Origin: Chromera velia
Lineage: Eukaryota
Assembly (NCBI GenBank): GCA_018398765.1
Contig: JAHBMJ010000405.1
Span: forward strand, 1 to 48,134
DNA length: 48,134 bases
Direction: 5' to 3'
Both the position numbers and the translations under genes were made by a program. A model generated the notes under the pieces. That model ran no database searches, was not told the DNA's origin, and saw only the letters and a list, made by a program, of their open reading frames with translations. Positions within the stretch are counted from its first letter, which is position 1. Every line of letters begins with the position of its first letter. Below, piece after piece: positions 22,361 through 34,838 of the stretch.

Positions 22361-22834
22361 TCACTTCACTTTCGACTTCCCAGGTTTTTTCGATGATCCC
22401 GCAAACAAAGCCTCCACCCCACACCAGAGACTCAAAAGAAAGGTAAGCCCGATGATTGCACCTACAACAGAGCCAGGACAGGAGGTACCCTTCTCGCCTC
22501 CACACTCCCTTTCAAAGTCAAAGCTGCCCTTCCAGACCTCCACAGAGAACCAGACCAGCTCCAGCAGTTGAGAGACGGCCGCAAATCCAAAACTCAGGAA
22601 AGACGGAGGCTGCAACGCCCCCTGGAGACGCAGAAGCCCGAGCGCCACCGCAAGCCACCCAAAAGACCGCACGTACAGTCCGAGAAGGCTTGCACTATCC
22701 CTTGCAGCGCCCAGCGTGTACGAGTCCACCAGCACATGATCGAAGAGGACTGGGTGCATCGTCAGACTGAGAACTACCAGGCCAATGTCCAGAAAGGACT
22801 GGAGCAGGAGCACAACTTGCAATAGTTTTGCCAT
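22361..22834 (-). CDS. Intronless 157-aa four-TM membrane protein, Erg28-like
   Basis: ATG at 22834 (MAKLLQVVLL...). LYVRSFGWLAVALGLLRLQGA...ELVWFSVE resembles the Erg28 ARTFG(T/I)W...IR...HF.SE pattern. Lys-rich C-terminus (KSKVK) resembles an ER-retrieval signal. Confidence 0.55.
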   Translation of the reverse strand: MAKLLQVVLLLQSFLDIGLVVLSLTMHPVLFDHVLVDSYTLGAARDSASLLGLYVRSFGWLAVALGLLRLQGALQPPSFLSFGFAAVSQLLELVWFSVEVWKGSFDFERECGGEKGTSCPGSVVGAIIGLTFLLSLWCGVEALFAGSSKKPGKSKVK

Positions 22835-23668
22835 TTCCACTATCCCCTGCACCTCACGAAATGCCCCACCTGGCTGCTGCCCTGGCTCTTCAAATGCAAT
22901 GTCACTTCCGTGTCGCACTGAGTTGTCGACGACTCACGCAGGCAGGTAGATATACGAACAATGCACGGACTCCGAGGAATAGACGGTTGCTCTACGTAAT
23001 ATGGAGCAGCGCAGGTATGCTCAGGAATTTGAAAGCGAAATGGAAGGAATGTAGCGAAGAGCCAGTCACACCCTGTCACATGATTCAATCTGGCATACAT
23101 ATTCGATCTGTCTCCATTATGCCAGCCGTCTCCGTGCATGCCGTCTCCGACAATCTCCGACCCGTGCGATACCCGTGCGTCAATCGTATTTTATCGTCGA
23201 TCCGTCTACATGGGATCCACTATATTCCACTATAGCTCTCGTGATTGTCCTTTTCCGCGTCTCCTGTGATTATCACTCCCATACGACGCCCGGCCTGACA
23301 GACTCAAACATATGTTTCCGAGGTCCATCGAGAGCCCATCTACATCCTTCTTCACACTCAGACTGTCATGTCCACACAGCAACCCAAATCATATCGGCCG
23401 CCCAAGGCCCCGAAATTTCTACATGCATGCATTGGTGGCATTTGGTGGCCCCTCGATGAAAAAGAGGGATCGATTTCTGTGCGGGGCAGCAGTCTGAGAG
23501 CAGGTGAAAGCTCCCTTATGCACGTCGGGTCTCGTGTGCTCGTGTCTTGATTGTTGAATCCCTTTCGCACCATCGTGTGCTCCCTAAAGACGCGAGATAG
23601 CTACAGGTGTAAGGGCAACAACAGCCTGAGCCTCCAAAGATACAATCCGCAGGAAGAAGATATATATC

Positions 23669-26403
23669 ATGGCGGAACTCCCTGCCCCCCTTCCAGACTG
23701 CCCTGACGGGATGATTTCCTTCTTCGAGGACAAATTCTCCTCCCCCTCCCTGGACACATCCAAGTGGGAACCACGAACAGACGCGAAGCACTACTCAAAA
23801 CAAGTGCCTCAGAATATTTCTGTCGGGGCCGGCGGTTTGTCGCTTCGCGTCACGAAGTCGGCCCCCGGTTCCAAATTTCCCTTCGAGGGCTGTGGGGTCG
23901 TTAGCACGCAGTCGTTTGGAATCGGATACTATGAAGTCGAGTGCACCCTGCCTGTGAGCCCCGAAGGCCAGCCTATTCCAGGGGTCTGGTGCAGCTTTTG
24001 GTTGTCCAGTGTCAAGAAGATTGGCGTCAAAATTGACAGTCCCAATTGGCAGGAATTTGACGTTTTCGAACATCGCACCGGAGAGGATTCTTTCGATTGG
24101 AGTTTTCTGAAGTGGAAACCTGAAAGGGAAATCTACCTCCAGTGTAAAGAGAAACTGCCGGGGAGAGCAGAGGGAAGCAGGCATCGGTTGGTTGCTCGCG
24201 TAGGTACTTACTGCTTCGGTGGTACAGAGCATCTCTTTGTCCTTCTCAAATTTGCTTGCTTTCACTCTGCACAACTGGTTGTTTCGCCCATGTTCTTCGC
24301 TCTTTAGAAGGGAAGATTTTCTTTCGATCCGGCACATGAGTCAACCATAGTCACTCGAGGTAGGCCTGTAGGTCTCGCTCCGTAGTACTTACTGCCCGTC
24401 TTGTCCTTGTGAGACTTGCAAAGGCAAATCCCGCTTCATTTAATCAATTTGGGGTCATTCTGACTCTGTGCGCGTCTTGTTTGTTTTGATGTGCAGGTGG
24501 GGGTTTCTTCTTCTGACAAATGACTGCTACGTGACTCTTGACGGGAGGGCTCTAGGGAGATTCTCTCTGAAGTCAATCAATATGCACAAAGAACTGACGC
24601 CCCTCCACGTGTGGCTGACCTCGATCGTTCACAAACGAACGTTTCCCGATGCGCAACAGTCGGCAGATTGTGGGGTCCTTCCATCCGAATTGAGATTCCA
24701 TCGGTTTCGTCATTTTCGCTTTGCAAGGGGGCCGGGTCGCCTTGTGAAAGGACAGAGCTTGAAAGTGAATTTCGACAGAGAAAAAGGGTGGGCACCATGG
24801 AAAGTGAAGAGAGGAGAGAAGGTGAGTTTGTGTTTTTGTGACACACATGCGTAGGAGACTTTCCTCAGACACTATACCATTGAAACATGTGCAGGGATTG
24901 AAGTCGGAATGTGTGTGGAAGTGAGTGGAGCGAAAAGAGACAAAAGGAGAGGGAGGCTGTCAGACAACGCATCAAATCGTGGGATCGAGGGAAAATGATT
25001 ACTGTCGAGGCTCATTTCTGTGAGTGAGAAGATTCCCTTCTTCGGAGGTGAGAGAGAAATGGCCACAGGAGTAAAGCGAACCCCACCGGCCGTTTTGTCG
25101 TTTTACTGTTTCTCTTTCACCATGCTGCACCGATATAGCTCGAGCGAGACACTCACGTTGCCTTTGTGATGTACTTTCAATGTTGCCATGGTCGCAGGTC
25201 GGCTGTCTGAGCGCGGCCCTCTGGGTCCTTGGCGTGGGGGCCCCGGCACAAAATGTGACTCTTCTGGTGGTGCGGACCCCTGAAGAGGGGCCCGTGCTGC
25301 AATTGGGCTCGCAGGGCAAATCGCTGTGTGTCTCGTTGCTGGGAGAGGCCTTGGAAGTTCCGAACTTCTTTGATCTCTCAGATGGCGGAGGGCAAGGAGG
25401 GGGGAAAGAAGAGTGGATACACGTAGGGATAGCATGGGATGGTTCGGAGGGTGGCCTTATGAAAATTTGGAGAACTGTGAAGAGCGAAGGCAAAGCAGAG
25501 CTCCGGCATTCGATTGAGGGGGTGAAGAGTGACCAGCTGGTGGGGACTTCGGGGGTGATTTTTTGTGGGGGTGAAGAAGAAGGGCATCCAATGGCGGAGG
25601 GAATGTGTGTGACGGGGGTGAAGATTTACTCAGGTGCTCTGTCAGAGGATGCGGTGAAGACGGCTGAGTGGGTCTCGAGACCAGACTACGCGAGGTGGAG
25701 GTCCAAGGGACCAGACAAAGCCAATCTTCTTGCGCCCACTTATCCTGAAGGTCGGCCAGCTTCCTCGATCCTCCCTCCCTGCCTGCGTACGTCTCTTTCT
25801 GCAATCGCGCCTACTCTGCGAGGGGCGTGTGAGCGAGTGTTCATTCCCGTGCTTCCCCTCCTTTCGTCCTCACCAAGAGACCCCACATCCCACCTCTTCG
25901 TTCGTGTACACGTGTGTGTGTGTGTGTGTGTGTGTGTGGGCTCTCGCGAGGAAAGAAAAAAAGTAGACGTACATAGAGAACAAGTAAGGATGAGAAACAC
26001 AGAGCGAGTGGGACAGAAAGAGACACAAAAGGGAATGAGAGATTACGAGAAAGAAAGAATGAGTGCCTCGGACTGATCGGACTGACTGTCTGTCCGTATA
26101 TACGATTGCCTGTAGAGAGAAGGCACACACTGGCAGTTACCCACATACAGAAAGAGGGGAAGCGGAAGAGAAAGAGAGACAAGCAAAGAATCGGTACGTT
26201 TTTAAAGACTTGTTCTTCTATTCCTCTCTTCGGTTCCATGCATTTATGATTGTGTGTAAGCATTTCCGCATGTACGTATGGGTGTGCGTCCTCGCACACA
26301 TTTCTGTATTTGTGCAGCGGAAGTGGGTGACCTCTTCGACTCAACTGCTGCTGCCGTTGCGATTGGGGATCTGACAGGTCTCTGCAATGATTACGTGTCG
26401 TAA
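23669..26403 (+). CDS. Glycoside hydrolase family 16 domain plus C-terminal LamG/concanavalin-like domain; exons ~23669-24187, 24497-24821, 25198-~25750, 26318-26403
   Basis: GH16 hallmarks FEDKF...LDTSKW, FGIGYYEV, GVWCSFWL and catalytic EFDVFE (ExDxxE). LamG-like WIHVGIAWDG and VKIYSGALS. The middle and last junctions are less certain. Confidence 0.8.
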
Positions 26404-28184
26404 GCATGCAGGCACTGTGGATCTCTGCAGTGAGTGCAGTTGGCAAGCAGCAGCAGTCTGGGACAGCCAGCGCAGCTTGACGTCGGCTCCCTGCAGTCAC
26501 CACTCACTTACTTCGCAGGGAGTGGAATGCAAATGTTTGACGCTGTGCAAAGGCTATTGCAAAGTTTATTTGTTTCTTACTTTTCCTACACAGCACTAGG
26601 CACAACAAACCGTGCAGATGAATATTAAGGCTATAATAAGGATTGAGTTAGCTAGACTGTGAATTAGTTTTGATTTACTTTTATCTATAAAGCTTAGTTT
26701 TCAATTTATGCAGCAGGGGGAAACTGCATTTAAGATCGGTTCCTAGCATATCCGCCTCACTTTTAACCTTCCATCCGTCTACGCAACAAAACAACACCCC
26801 TGGCTATACATTGCCACACGCTAAGTTCTATTCGATCGATCAGTCTTTTACAGTTCAGTCGTCCATGAGGATGAGTGCACTGCTGAATCCCCCTATCTCT
26901 CCCCCTTCGCATGGATGACCTCGCATGCCCCTAATGCACGCACTATGTTGCACTTGCTGCCCGTAGGTGGGCGACTTGCAGCCGTGCTCGGATTCGTCCA
27001 CACACCTTCCCATACCCCTGCCCCCTCTTCTCATTTAACAGTCCAGCCAGCCTGCACAGGAATGTGTTGGCTTCCTTGTGGAGAGTGCAGCAACATGCAA
27101 TTCCCGTTAATTTCTAGGATAATTTAAGCTTTTAGCTCTAAGCCTAGCTCTAAACTTTATAAAAAAATATTCCCTCTGGCATAAATTCCCTAATAAATTT
27201 AGCTTAATTCTAGGCTTAATTCTGTTCTATTTCATTTAAACTCAAGTGTGTGACTCTGTGTATTTCGATATTAATTTTTCAATTCATTTTTCTTTTTTAG
27301 TTTTTTTTTTAAGATTTCTCCAATAAACTTGAAACTAGCGATGGAATTAATCATAGAAAAAGTTTTATGACACTTAATTAAAATTAAGTTCTGAATTGAA
27401 TTAAAATGATGAAAATCTAAACATTCAAATAGTTTCTCTTAGAAATTTCAAATTTGATTTATAACTAGACTTATGACAGGATGACAATTAAAAACAGTTT
27501 AAAATCACTAGCGCTGAGATTACGACTTTTAAGAGTTAAGTGATGACGCTCAAAGATTTATGAAAAATGCTAGCTGCGACTGAGCGATCATCACCGTCAC
27601 TTAACCTATGTGCACAGCTTACGAATCGATCTAGCTGAGCAAGTAGCTGAGCCGAACCAGTCTAGGAACCATGCAGTTCAATGCATAGACTCATAGGTTT
27701 GGCTGTACGTCAGCGCTGAGTTGTTCGATTCAGAGCACTTCAAACTAATTGGAGGAGTTATTCCATGCATCTTTGCGATTCGATGCGTGAGTACATGCTT
27801 GAGCCAACCTGTTTCCCTCTAGCTTTCCATCTCCCCACCCCACCCCCGCTGGACTGACTGACAGGTACACCGAAACCAGGCAGGATGCAGCACTCAGGCA
27901 GGAGAACGGAAACAGTCAGAAATACAGCTTGCATTTCAGCAAAAGGAAGGAGACAACTAAAGATGAAGAGACCGCCAACTGGGGCCCCTTGCGCGAGCGA
28001 GAGAGAGAAACGAGAATTTTCTGATCTACAGAGGGGAGGGAGGGGCAACGCATAGATTTTGTACTATTTTTCTTTATTCTTTAAATCTTTTCCCCATCTC
28101 TGAGTTTCTTGGCCGGACTCTTTGCTTTCCGTATCCGCATTCATTCATTCATGCAAACCCCGCTCGATGGTCATGCAGTCACTG

Positions 28185-28651
28185 TTATCCTTCCATTCCG
28201 AATTGGTCTGTCCAGTCCTGTTGCTTCTTCAGATCCTCCTCGTTCACAGACGGCTTCACATTCCCCAACGCATTGTAGAAGTCGTCCTGCAGGCAACCAG
28301 GGAGGCAAGAACGAGTGAAGATAAAACGGTCAAATCACACGTTGGAAGCAGGGAGGAACGTTAAAAGGCAACGGGTGAGAAGAGAACGAAACACCGAGAC
28401 CGAGAGAGAAAGACAGAGAGAGAAGAAACCCACCACAGTCACATCTGGAACCGCCAGAGAGGACCCTTCTACCTCCATCAACGTCATCTCTTTGTTGGGC
28501 TTGTCACCTGCACGCAGGAAGAAGAAGAAAACCAGAGACGTTTCATAACAATGGGAGAACGTGACATTTTTTGTCAATCCTACACGCTCGCCTACACGTA
28601 GAGGCTTCTTGATGGCAAAAACATGCATTCTCTCACTCTCTCTCTCTCTCT

Positions 28652-28697
<46 letters not shown>

Positions 28698-29909
28698 CCA
28701 AGACTGTTCAGTCTCTCTTTTTTTCCTCCCATTTCCACAACAACAACAACAACAGCAAACAAGGCAACTGTCCAGCTCAACAAAACCTCAAATAGAAACG
28801 AAACAGAGGCCTGCTTCCCTTTGAGAGTAACAGAAAAGAAGACTAGCTGACTTGGAGAGCAGGGCATCCACATTGTCTTTCCATCCTTTTGGATTTTCTT
28901 GAAGAACTTGGCGGTTTGGCATTTCCTCACAGGTTGGAAAAGAGCGTCGTTGACCAGAATCGAAATATCCGCTCCCGAGTACCTGCAGCAAAAAAAGAAT
29001 TCATCAACGGGTTGATCAATGGATGATCAGTCAAGCAAGCAGGTCGTCAAGCTACACATCAAGACAGGGGGGTCGCCAGTAAAGGTAAGAAAAGTGTGTC
29101 GCTCGAGAGCAGTCGAACACATCCGCACGAACACTGAAAGAGCTCACTAGAGAATAAGCACGCTGTCAGCCTAGAGGAGCCCAAGCGGACATCACAGAAG
29201 GATGCGAGAAGAAAGGGGGGGAGGACAGCGGGGAAGAATCAAGGAGAGCCATCGCTTTGGAAAGAAGAGAAGACAATGGAGAGCAGGGCTGAGAAAGTCC
29301 AGGAAACAAACAGAGGCCGGCAGCGGGTAGGAGGTGAACAAAAAAACGAGTACGGGAGGCAGCGCGTAGAGCAAACACAGACCAATCCCGAGAGCGGGAG
29401 AAGTCGGGCGCACCCATCGGTCTGCTTTGCGAGTTCCGTCAAGTCCTCGTCCGACAGTGAGTTGGCTGTTTTCCCGATGTGCAACTCAAACAGCTGCAAA
29501 AAGAAGTACAGTCCGTCCGTCGGTCAGTCACAGACGAAGATGCGCCACAAGAAAGAGGAATAGAGAAAAATTCGAGGAGAAGAGCAGGAACGAGAAGAGA
29601 GCCTTCATCGTCTTCTGCTCGAGTCACAGACCAGCGCCAACGAAGCCACTCTGCATTTCCCCCCCCAAAACGTCTTCTCCCCCCCCCTCCCGCCCGCCCG
29701 CCGTCTCCGGGGGACACCCCGCCTGTTGCCTCACTCACCCTTTTTCTTGCAGGAAGGTCAGGAAGAGGAATGTAGACTCTTCTCTCAAATCTGAAGGCAG
29801 GCAGGCAGACAGGGCAGGGAAAGGGAGAGAGATGAGACCAATCCAAAAGAGTGGGGCGGAAGGGGGGAAGAGTACACAGACGCACAGGAACAGTCACACA
29901 CAAAGAGAC

Positions 29910-29947
<38 letters not shown>

Positions 29948-30176
29948 AGAGGACGACGAAGGGAGGCAGAAAGGAAATAAGACTGGTAGGAGGGAGCGCG
30001 GGAACCAACAACAGGAAACAGCGCCACTGACGGCACGGAGACACAACGAAGGAGAGAGATTCAATGAATGAATGCACCCACCTCCTCCGAATTGCCGAGT
30101 CGAGCCCCCAGGGAATGTTCTGCGCAGACGTACATACGCACACACAGGATGCGAGGGGGAAACAAGCACGCGCGCG

Positions 30177-30248
<72 letters not shown>

Positions 30249-33200
30249 CAGACACACACACACACGCACACACAGACAGACACACACGCACACACAGACA
30301 CACACACGCACACAGACAGACACACACACGCACACGCACACACACACACGCACACGCACACACGCACACGCACACACACACACGCACACACACACACGCA
30401 TACGCACACATGCACGCACGCACGCACGCACGCACACACACGCACGCACACACGCACGCACACACGCACGCAGGCACACACGCACGCGCACACGGACGAG
30501 AGAGAGGGGGGCGGGGGGGGCCGGGGGGAAGCAGCAACACTCACAACAGGACATGACCCGATACTGATCTCACAGTTCCCGCTCGCATTTGATTCCGGAA
30601 AAAGGTTGCCTCCCCTCCCCGCCTCGCCCCGCGCTTCAAAGACCTCAATCACGAACAAGGCACGTCTGTGCAGTTAATTCTCTTTCTCTCTGGACAGACA
30701 GACAGACTCACAGTTGCCCCCAGGACCAGAATCCCTTCCGACGTGTGCCCAACCCCCTGCATCTGCACGAGGAACTCCGTCTTGATTCGCCGCGAAGACT
30801 CCGATTCGTTGTCGCTTCGTGCTGCACTCATGCAGTCATGCAGTCATTTGATTCATTCATTTATTCATCCGATTGTCTATCACTCAACGATCTGGTTGGA
30901 ATTCCAACGCTTCAGCGCGGCATTTGATAGACGGGATTGAAAAGGCACAAGGCGAAAGAAAGAACTCGATTCCCGTGTCCCTCCCCCACGGCATTGGAAA
31001 GCAGCATGTTTTGGCCAGGCCGTCTTGTATGGTTTCTCTTGCTCGCTTGGAGCACCCGACGCACACACTTCAATCGAAGTGAAGCCCTTCATTTCTTTTC
31101 CGGTCCTTCCCAACCCCCCGATAACTCGATAAGGGCAGTGAACCAAATCGACACAGACAGACAGACAGACAGACAGACAGAAAGACAGACAGACAGACCC
31201 ACCTCCACAGAGTGAGTCGACCTCATCGATGAAGATAATCGACGGTTTGTTTGCACGCGCCATCTCAAACATGGTCTTCACCAACCTGCAAAAGAAAAGA
31301 AAAGAAAAAGAAAGACCAAGCAAACGCAAAGCCGGGTCAAACTCCAATTCTCTCCAACCTCCACAGCAAAAGCAACCACTTACTTCTCTTTCAAATCCAT
31401 ATGAAGCCACAACCAGAACGACTATCCAAAAGCGTTTACTGCCAACCCCACACCCATGAATCTTCTCAGAAACGAAAGCTGCAGAGGTTCAAGGGGCCGC
31501 GTCTGTTTCTACAGCACGAAAGAAAGAAAGAAAGAAAAGAAAGAAAGAAAGAAAGAAAGACAGAAAGAAAGACAGAAAGAAAGAAGCAGTCAGTTGAAAG
31601 AGTGAAAAGAAAAGGGAAAGACCCCTTTGCAAAAAAGAACTTCGAGAAGATAAACAGAAACCGCCAGCCTCCCATACTACCTTGCCGACTGACTGACTCA
31701 CTTTTCTGACTCTCCTTGCCACTTGCTAACCAGATCCGACGCCGAAACTGCAGCAAGAAGAAAGAGGGGCAACATGTCTCTCAACTGAAGCTTGCGTGTC
31801 TATGCCCATGATTTTGCTGCTACAGATATTGCACTCGGCCTTTTCACAACGGCCTGCTTATCCGTTCACTCCCCCAGAACTCCAATCAATCAGGTCTGTG
31901 CTTACTTTGCGTACGAGGAAAAACAAGAATTTCAACGGTGCACACAAGACGGAGAAGAAAGAGAAGGTACGATGAAAAGTAGGCACAAGAACGGACAGTC
32001 GAAAAACAAAACAAAACCAGCTCCCCAATAGACCCACCGGACATGAAGTTCGACTCCGCTTCTGTTGCACACGCCTTTGCAAGGTAAGACTTTCCTGTTC
32101 CCGGAGGCTGCACGCAGACGCACGCACGGACAAAATAATAAGTCACTCGCGCAGAACACGCGGAAAGAAAAAGAGGTGCTTGGGTTGAATGCCACACAAA
32201 CCAAAAATGACAAAATGCGGCTTGCCCAACGTCACGAAAGCCAATCCAAACAGAAACCTTGAAGAGCCTCTCCCCAGCTGGCCCCTTCCTACCCCTACTG
32301 GCCGGCGGACTGACTCCATAGAGCAAAATTCCCTTCCACGGTTTCCTCTGTCCAGTGAACAACTGAGGGAACTTGACGGGAAGAATCACGGCCTCCTTCA
32401 ACGCCGACTTGGCGTTGTCCAAACCTGTGCGTGCACACAAATACACACACATGCGTGAAATTACACATCCATTGAAACACATACACCCATACATACATAC
32501 ATACACACTCACATACGCGCACGCGCATACAAAGCAAACATGAAGGAATCAATGGTGCATCAAGGAAGACAAGAAACAGTTCGGCCGCTTCATCGGAAGA
32601 CGCTGGGAGACACACGAACGAAAGAGGAAAGGAAGGGAGACGCACTCTCACCATGGGGCGGTCCTACCTGCCACGTCAGACCAGTGCACGTTTGGCTTTT
32701 CCGTCACGATGGCGCCTGCATGCACATGCAGGGAGGGAAGGAGGAGGAAGACGTGAATCGAAGCACATGAAATTGGTAGCAGCAGGATAAGCACCTGTCG
32801 AGGAAGAACGGGAAGCAGGAATATGAAGGATGGAAAGAAACGGACGTCGAGGATGGTGAAGAAAACATAAAACTAAAATTGAAACGAGTAGAAAGGTCGT
32901 ACGGCAAGAAAAACGACAGAGGGGGTTGTTTCTCTGCCCTACCCCCACTGACTTGCAAGTTGTCCTTTCAGCTTGTCGTCTTCCTCATCCTTCCCATCCC
33001 TGTACACAGATAGACGGATTCCCGCAGGAAGAAAAGAGAAATAATCAAGAGTCCCATAGGACAGCTGCTGGTGCGAAGAAGACAGGACAGAAAGGCGACA
33101 GTTGGCAGCAGGACAGCCTCTGAGGAGGCAGGGAAATTCCGTCACAATGAGCATGAATGAAGTGTGGAAAGGACTCTTCCGTTTCTGAGGACGGACACCA

Positions 33201-33711
33201 GGTAAATCGAAAAGGAAACGGAACAAGCAGACAAAGGGAGCAAGCAGTAGACATAGCACAAAACCACTCTCAGAAGTAGCCCCGATAGAGCACTGAGACG
33301 GACAGACGGACCCGTTCTCTTGGTCTCCATCCGCAGTGGCCATCGGCTTGGTTGTTTGTACAACTTGTCCGGAGAGGAACTTTTTGATCTGTTCGGCCCT
33401 TTGCATGTATTCATCCATCTTTTGCATGAGTTTCTTCTTCAGCTCTTCATTTTTCTGATCTGCAGACACACAGACGCATGAAGGACATCCAGCCTCTCTG
33501 ATGCTTGGACCAAGTTGGACGGCAGCAGACGAGAGCGAGACTGTGAAATGAAATTACCGTCTCTAGTTCCTCACTCACATTTAATGACCAAAAACCAGTG
33601 GTCAAGAGACGTTCTGTAAACCTCCAGAGCTTCCTCATACTTCTTTTCTCTGTCAAGGGCCACGGCCCGCTGGGCGAGGTCAATGGCTTTCTTCAGCCGC
33701 TCGTCATCCAT
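28185..33711 (-). CDS. VPS4: Vacuolar protein sorting-associated protein 4 (MIT domain + AAA+ ATPase), 15 exons
   Basis: MIT helix ([20 protein letters not shown]...[10 protein letters not shown]), [14 protein letters not shown], Walker A GPPGTGKS, pore loop SKWQGESEK, Walker [45 protein letters not shown]-terminal WTDQFGMEG*. Canonical splice sites. Confidence 0.97.
30167..30492. repeat. Compound (CG)n/(CA)n/(GA)n/(CACG)n microsatellite in a VPS4 intron
   Basis: Directly visible. Confidence 0.9.
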
Positions 33712-34838
33712 TGCTGCGGAACTTGGATGACCTTCAAGAGACAGAGAGACTGCGAGAAATAAGAAGACTTCGCAAAACTTCTCCCGACTGCACAAGAGAA
33801 ACGCTTCAGTCAGGAAAGGGTAACGGAAAACCAGCGATGAGGCAGAAAACGTTGCTCTGACAAAATACGTACTACTTTCCGCTGTCAGAAACCGACTAAT
33901 CGCCGAGCTTAAGTGGACGGAAGGTTCGACATGAAATGTCCTCGCGAAGGTCATTCTGGGCCCAAACTTTAAGAGGCCCCGGCAAAGAAGCCACCAGCCT
34001 TTGCAATTAATAAGAAATTTTGTTTTCCGGCATGCCCCGCAGCCTTCACGCAGCGGGGAGCCTGTTGGAGCCGTCTCCTCTCCAATTCTGTAGCCTTCGA
34101 GACACACACCAGGGCCCGGCGGCATGTGGTTGAGTTCCTTTTATGGCGAAAGTGTCCCCATGCATTCAGGCCTGTTGCGCGCGCGTTCCAAAAGTCATGA
34201 TGCAAGGGGCCCACTGTGATTTGAAACGAGCTCTGTGCTGCCATCCGAGTCACGTTTTCCGAAAAAAATTTCAAGTTCCCGGCATTTCCCGCACGGCACC
34301 TTCCGCTAAATTTCGCGATGATCAGACCGATCTAAGGCGTCTCTTCCACGCAACAGTCTTGAGAGTTTGAAGACTGTGAACCTCTCACATTGATCGATTC
34401 AGTTGCACAGCTAGCTCTGGACTCTGTCTGCTGCTCGTGATACCCTGTGAAAGCGAGCAAAAGCGATCGTCAATTAAGCGAAGTCGCTGCCCATAACGTT
34501 TGTGTGTCGTTCATCTTGGAACCTTTTCCTACAGTTGTGCGAACTCTCCCAACCGAAAAAGAGGCGCATGTAGAGATCAGTCCGCCTGATTCATTGGCTC
34601 CTCTTGACTGTTGGTTTGTTAGATTTTCTCTTCAGTCGGCAAAATATCTTCCTCAACGGCCCAAGGGCAGCAGCAGCAGCAGCAGCAGCAGCTGGAGGCT
34701 CTAACGGCAGACAACTCACCGAGATCATGCACAGGCGGGCTTGCGCCTTCTGCTGGTGCGCGTGAGCGCGATGTCTTGCCGCTTTGCTCCCAGAAGCAGC
34801 TGACCAGCAAGGGCATACAATCAACAGAAGCGTCTGGC

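Noticed and set aside
29439..30677. Long CVCV/THTH ORFs (also at 4156-4973 and 10362-10741)
   Set aside because: Stop-free dinucleotide repeats inside introns.
28185..33711. Non-canonical splicing or recoding in VPS4
   Set aside because: The junctions checked are GT-AG and in phase; an ordinary housekeeping gene.
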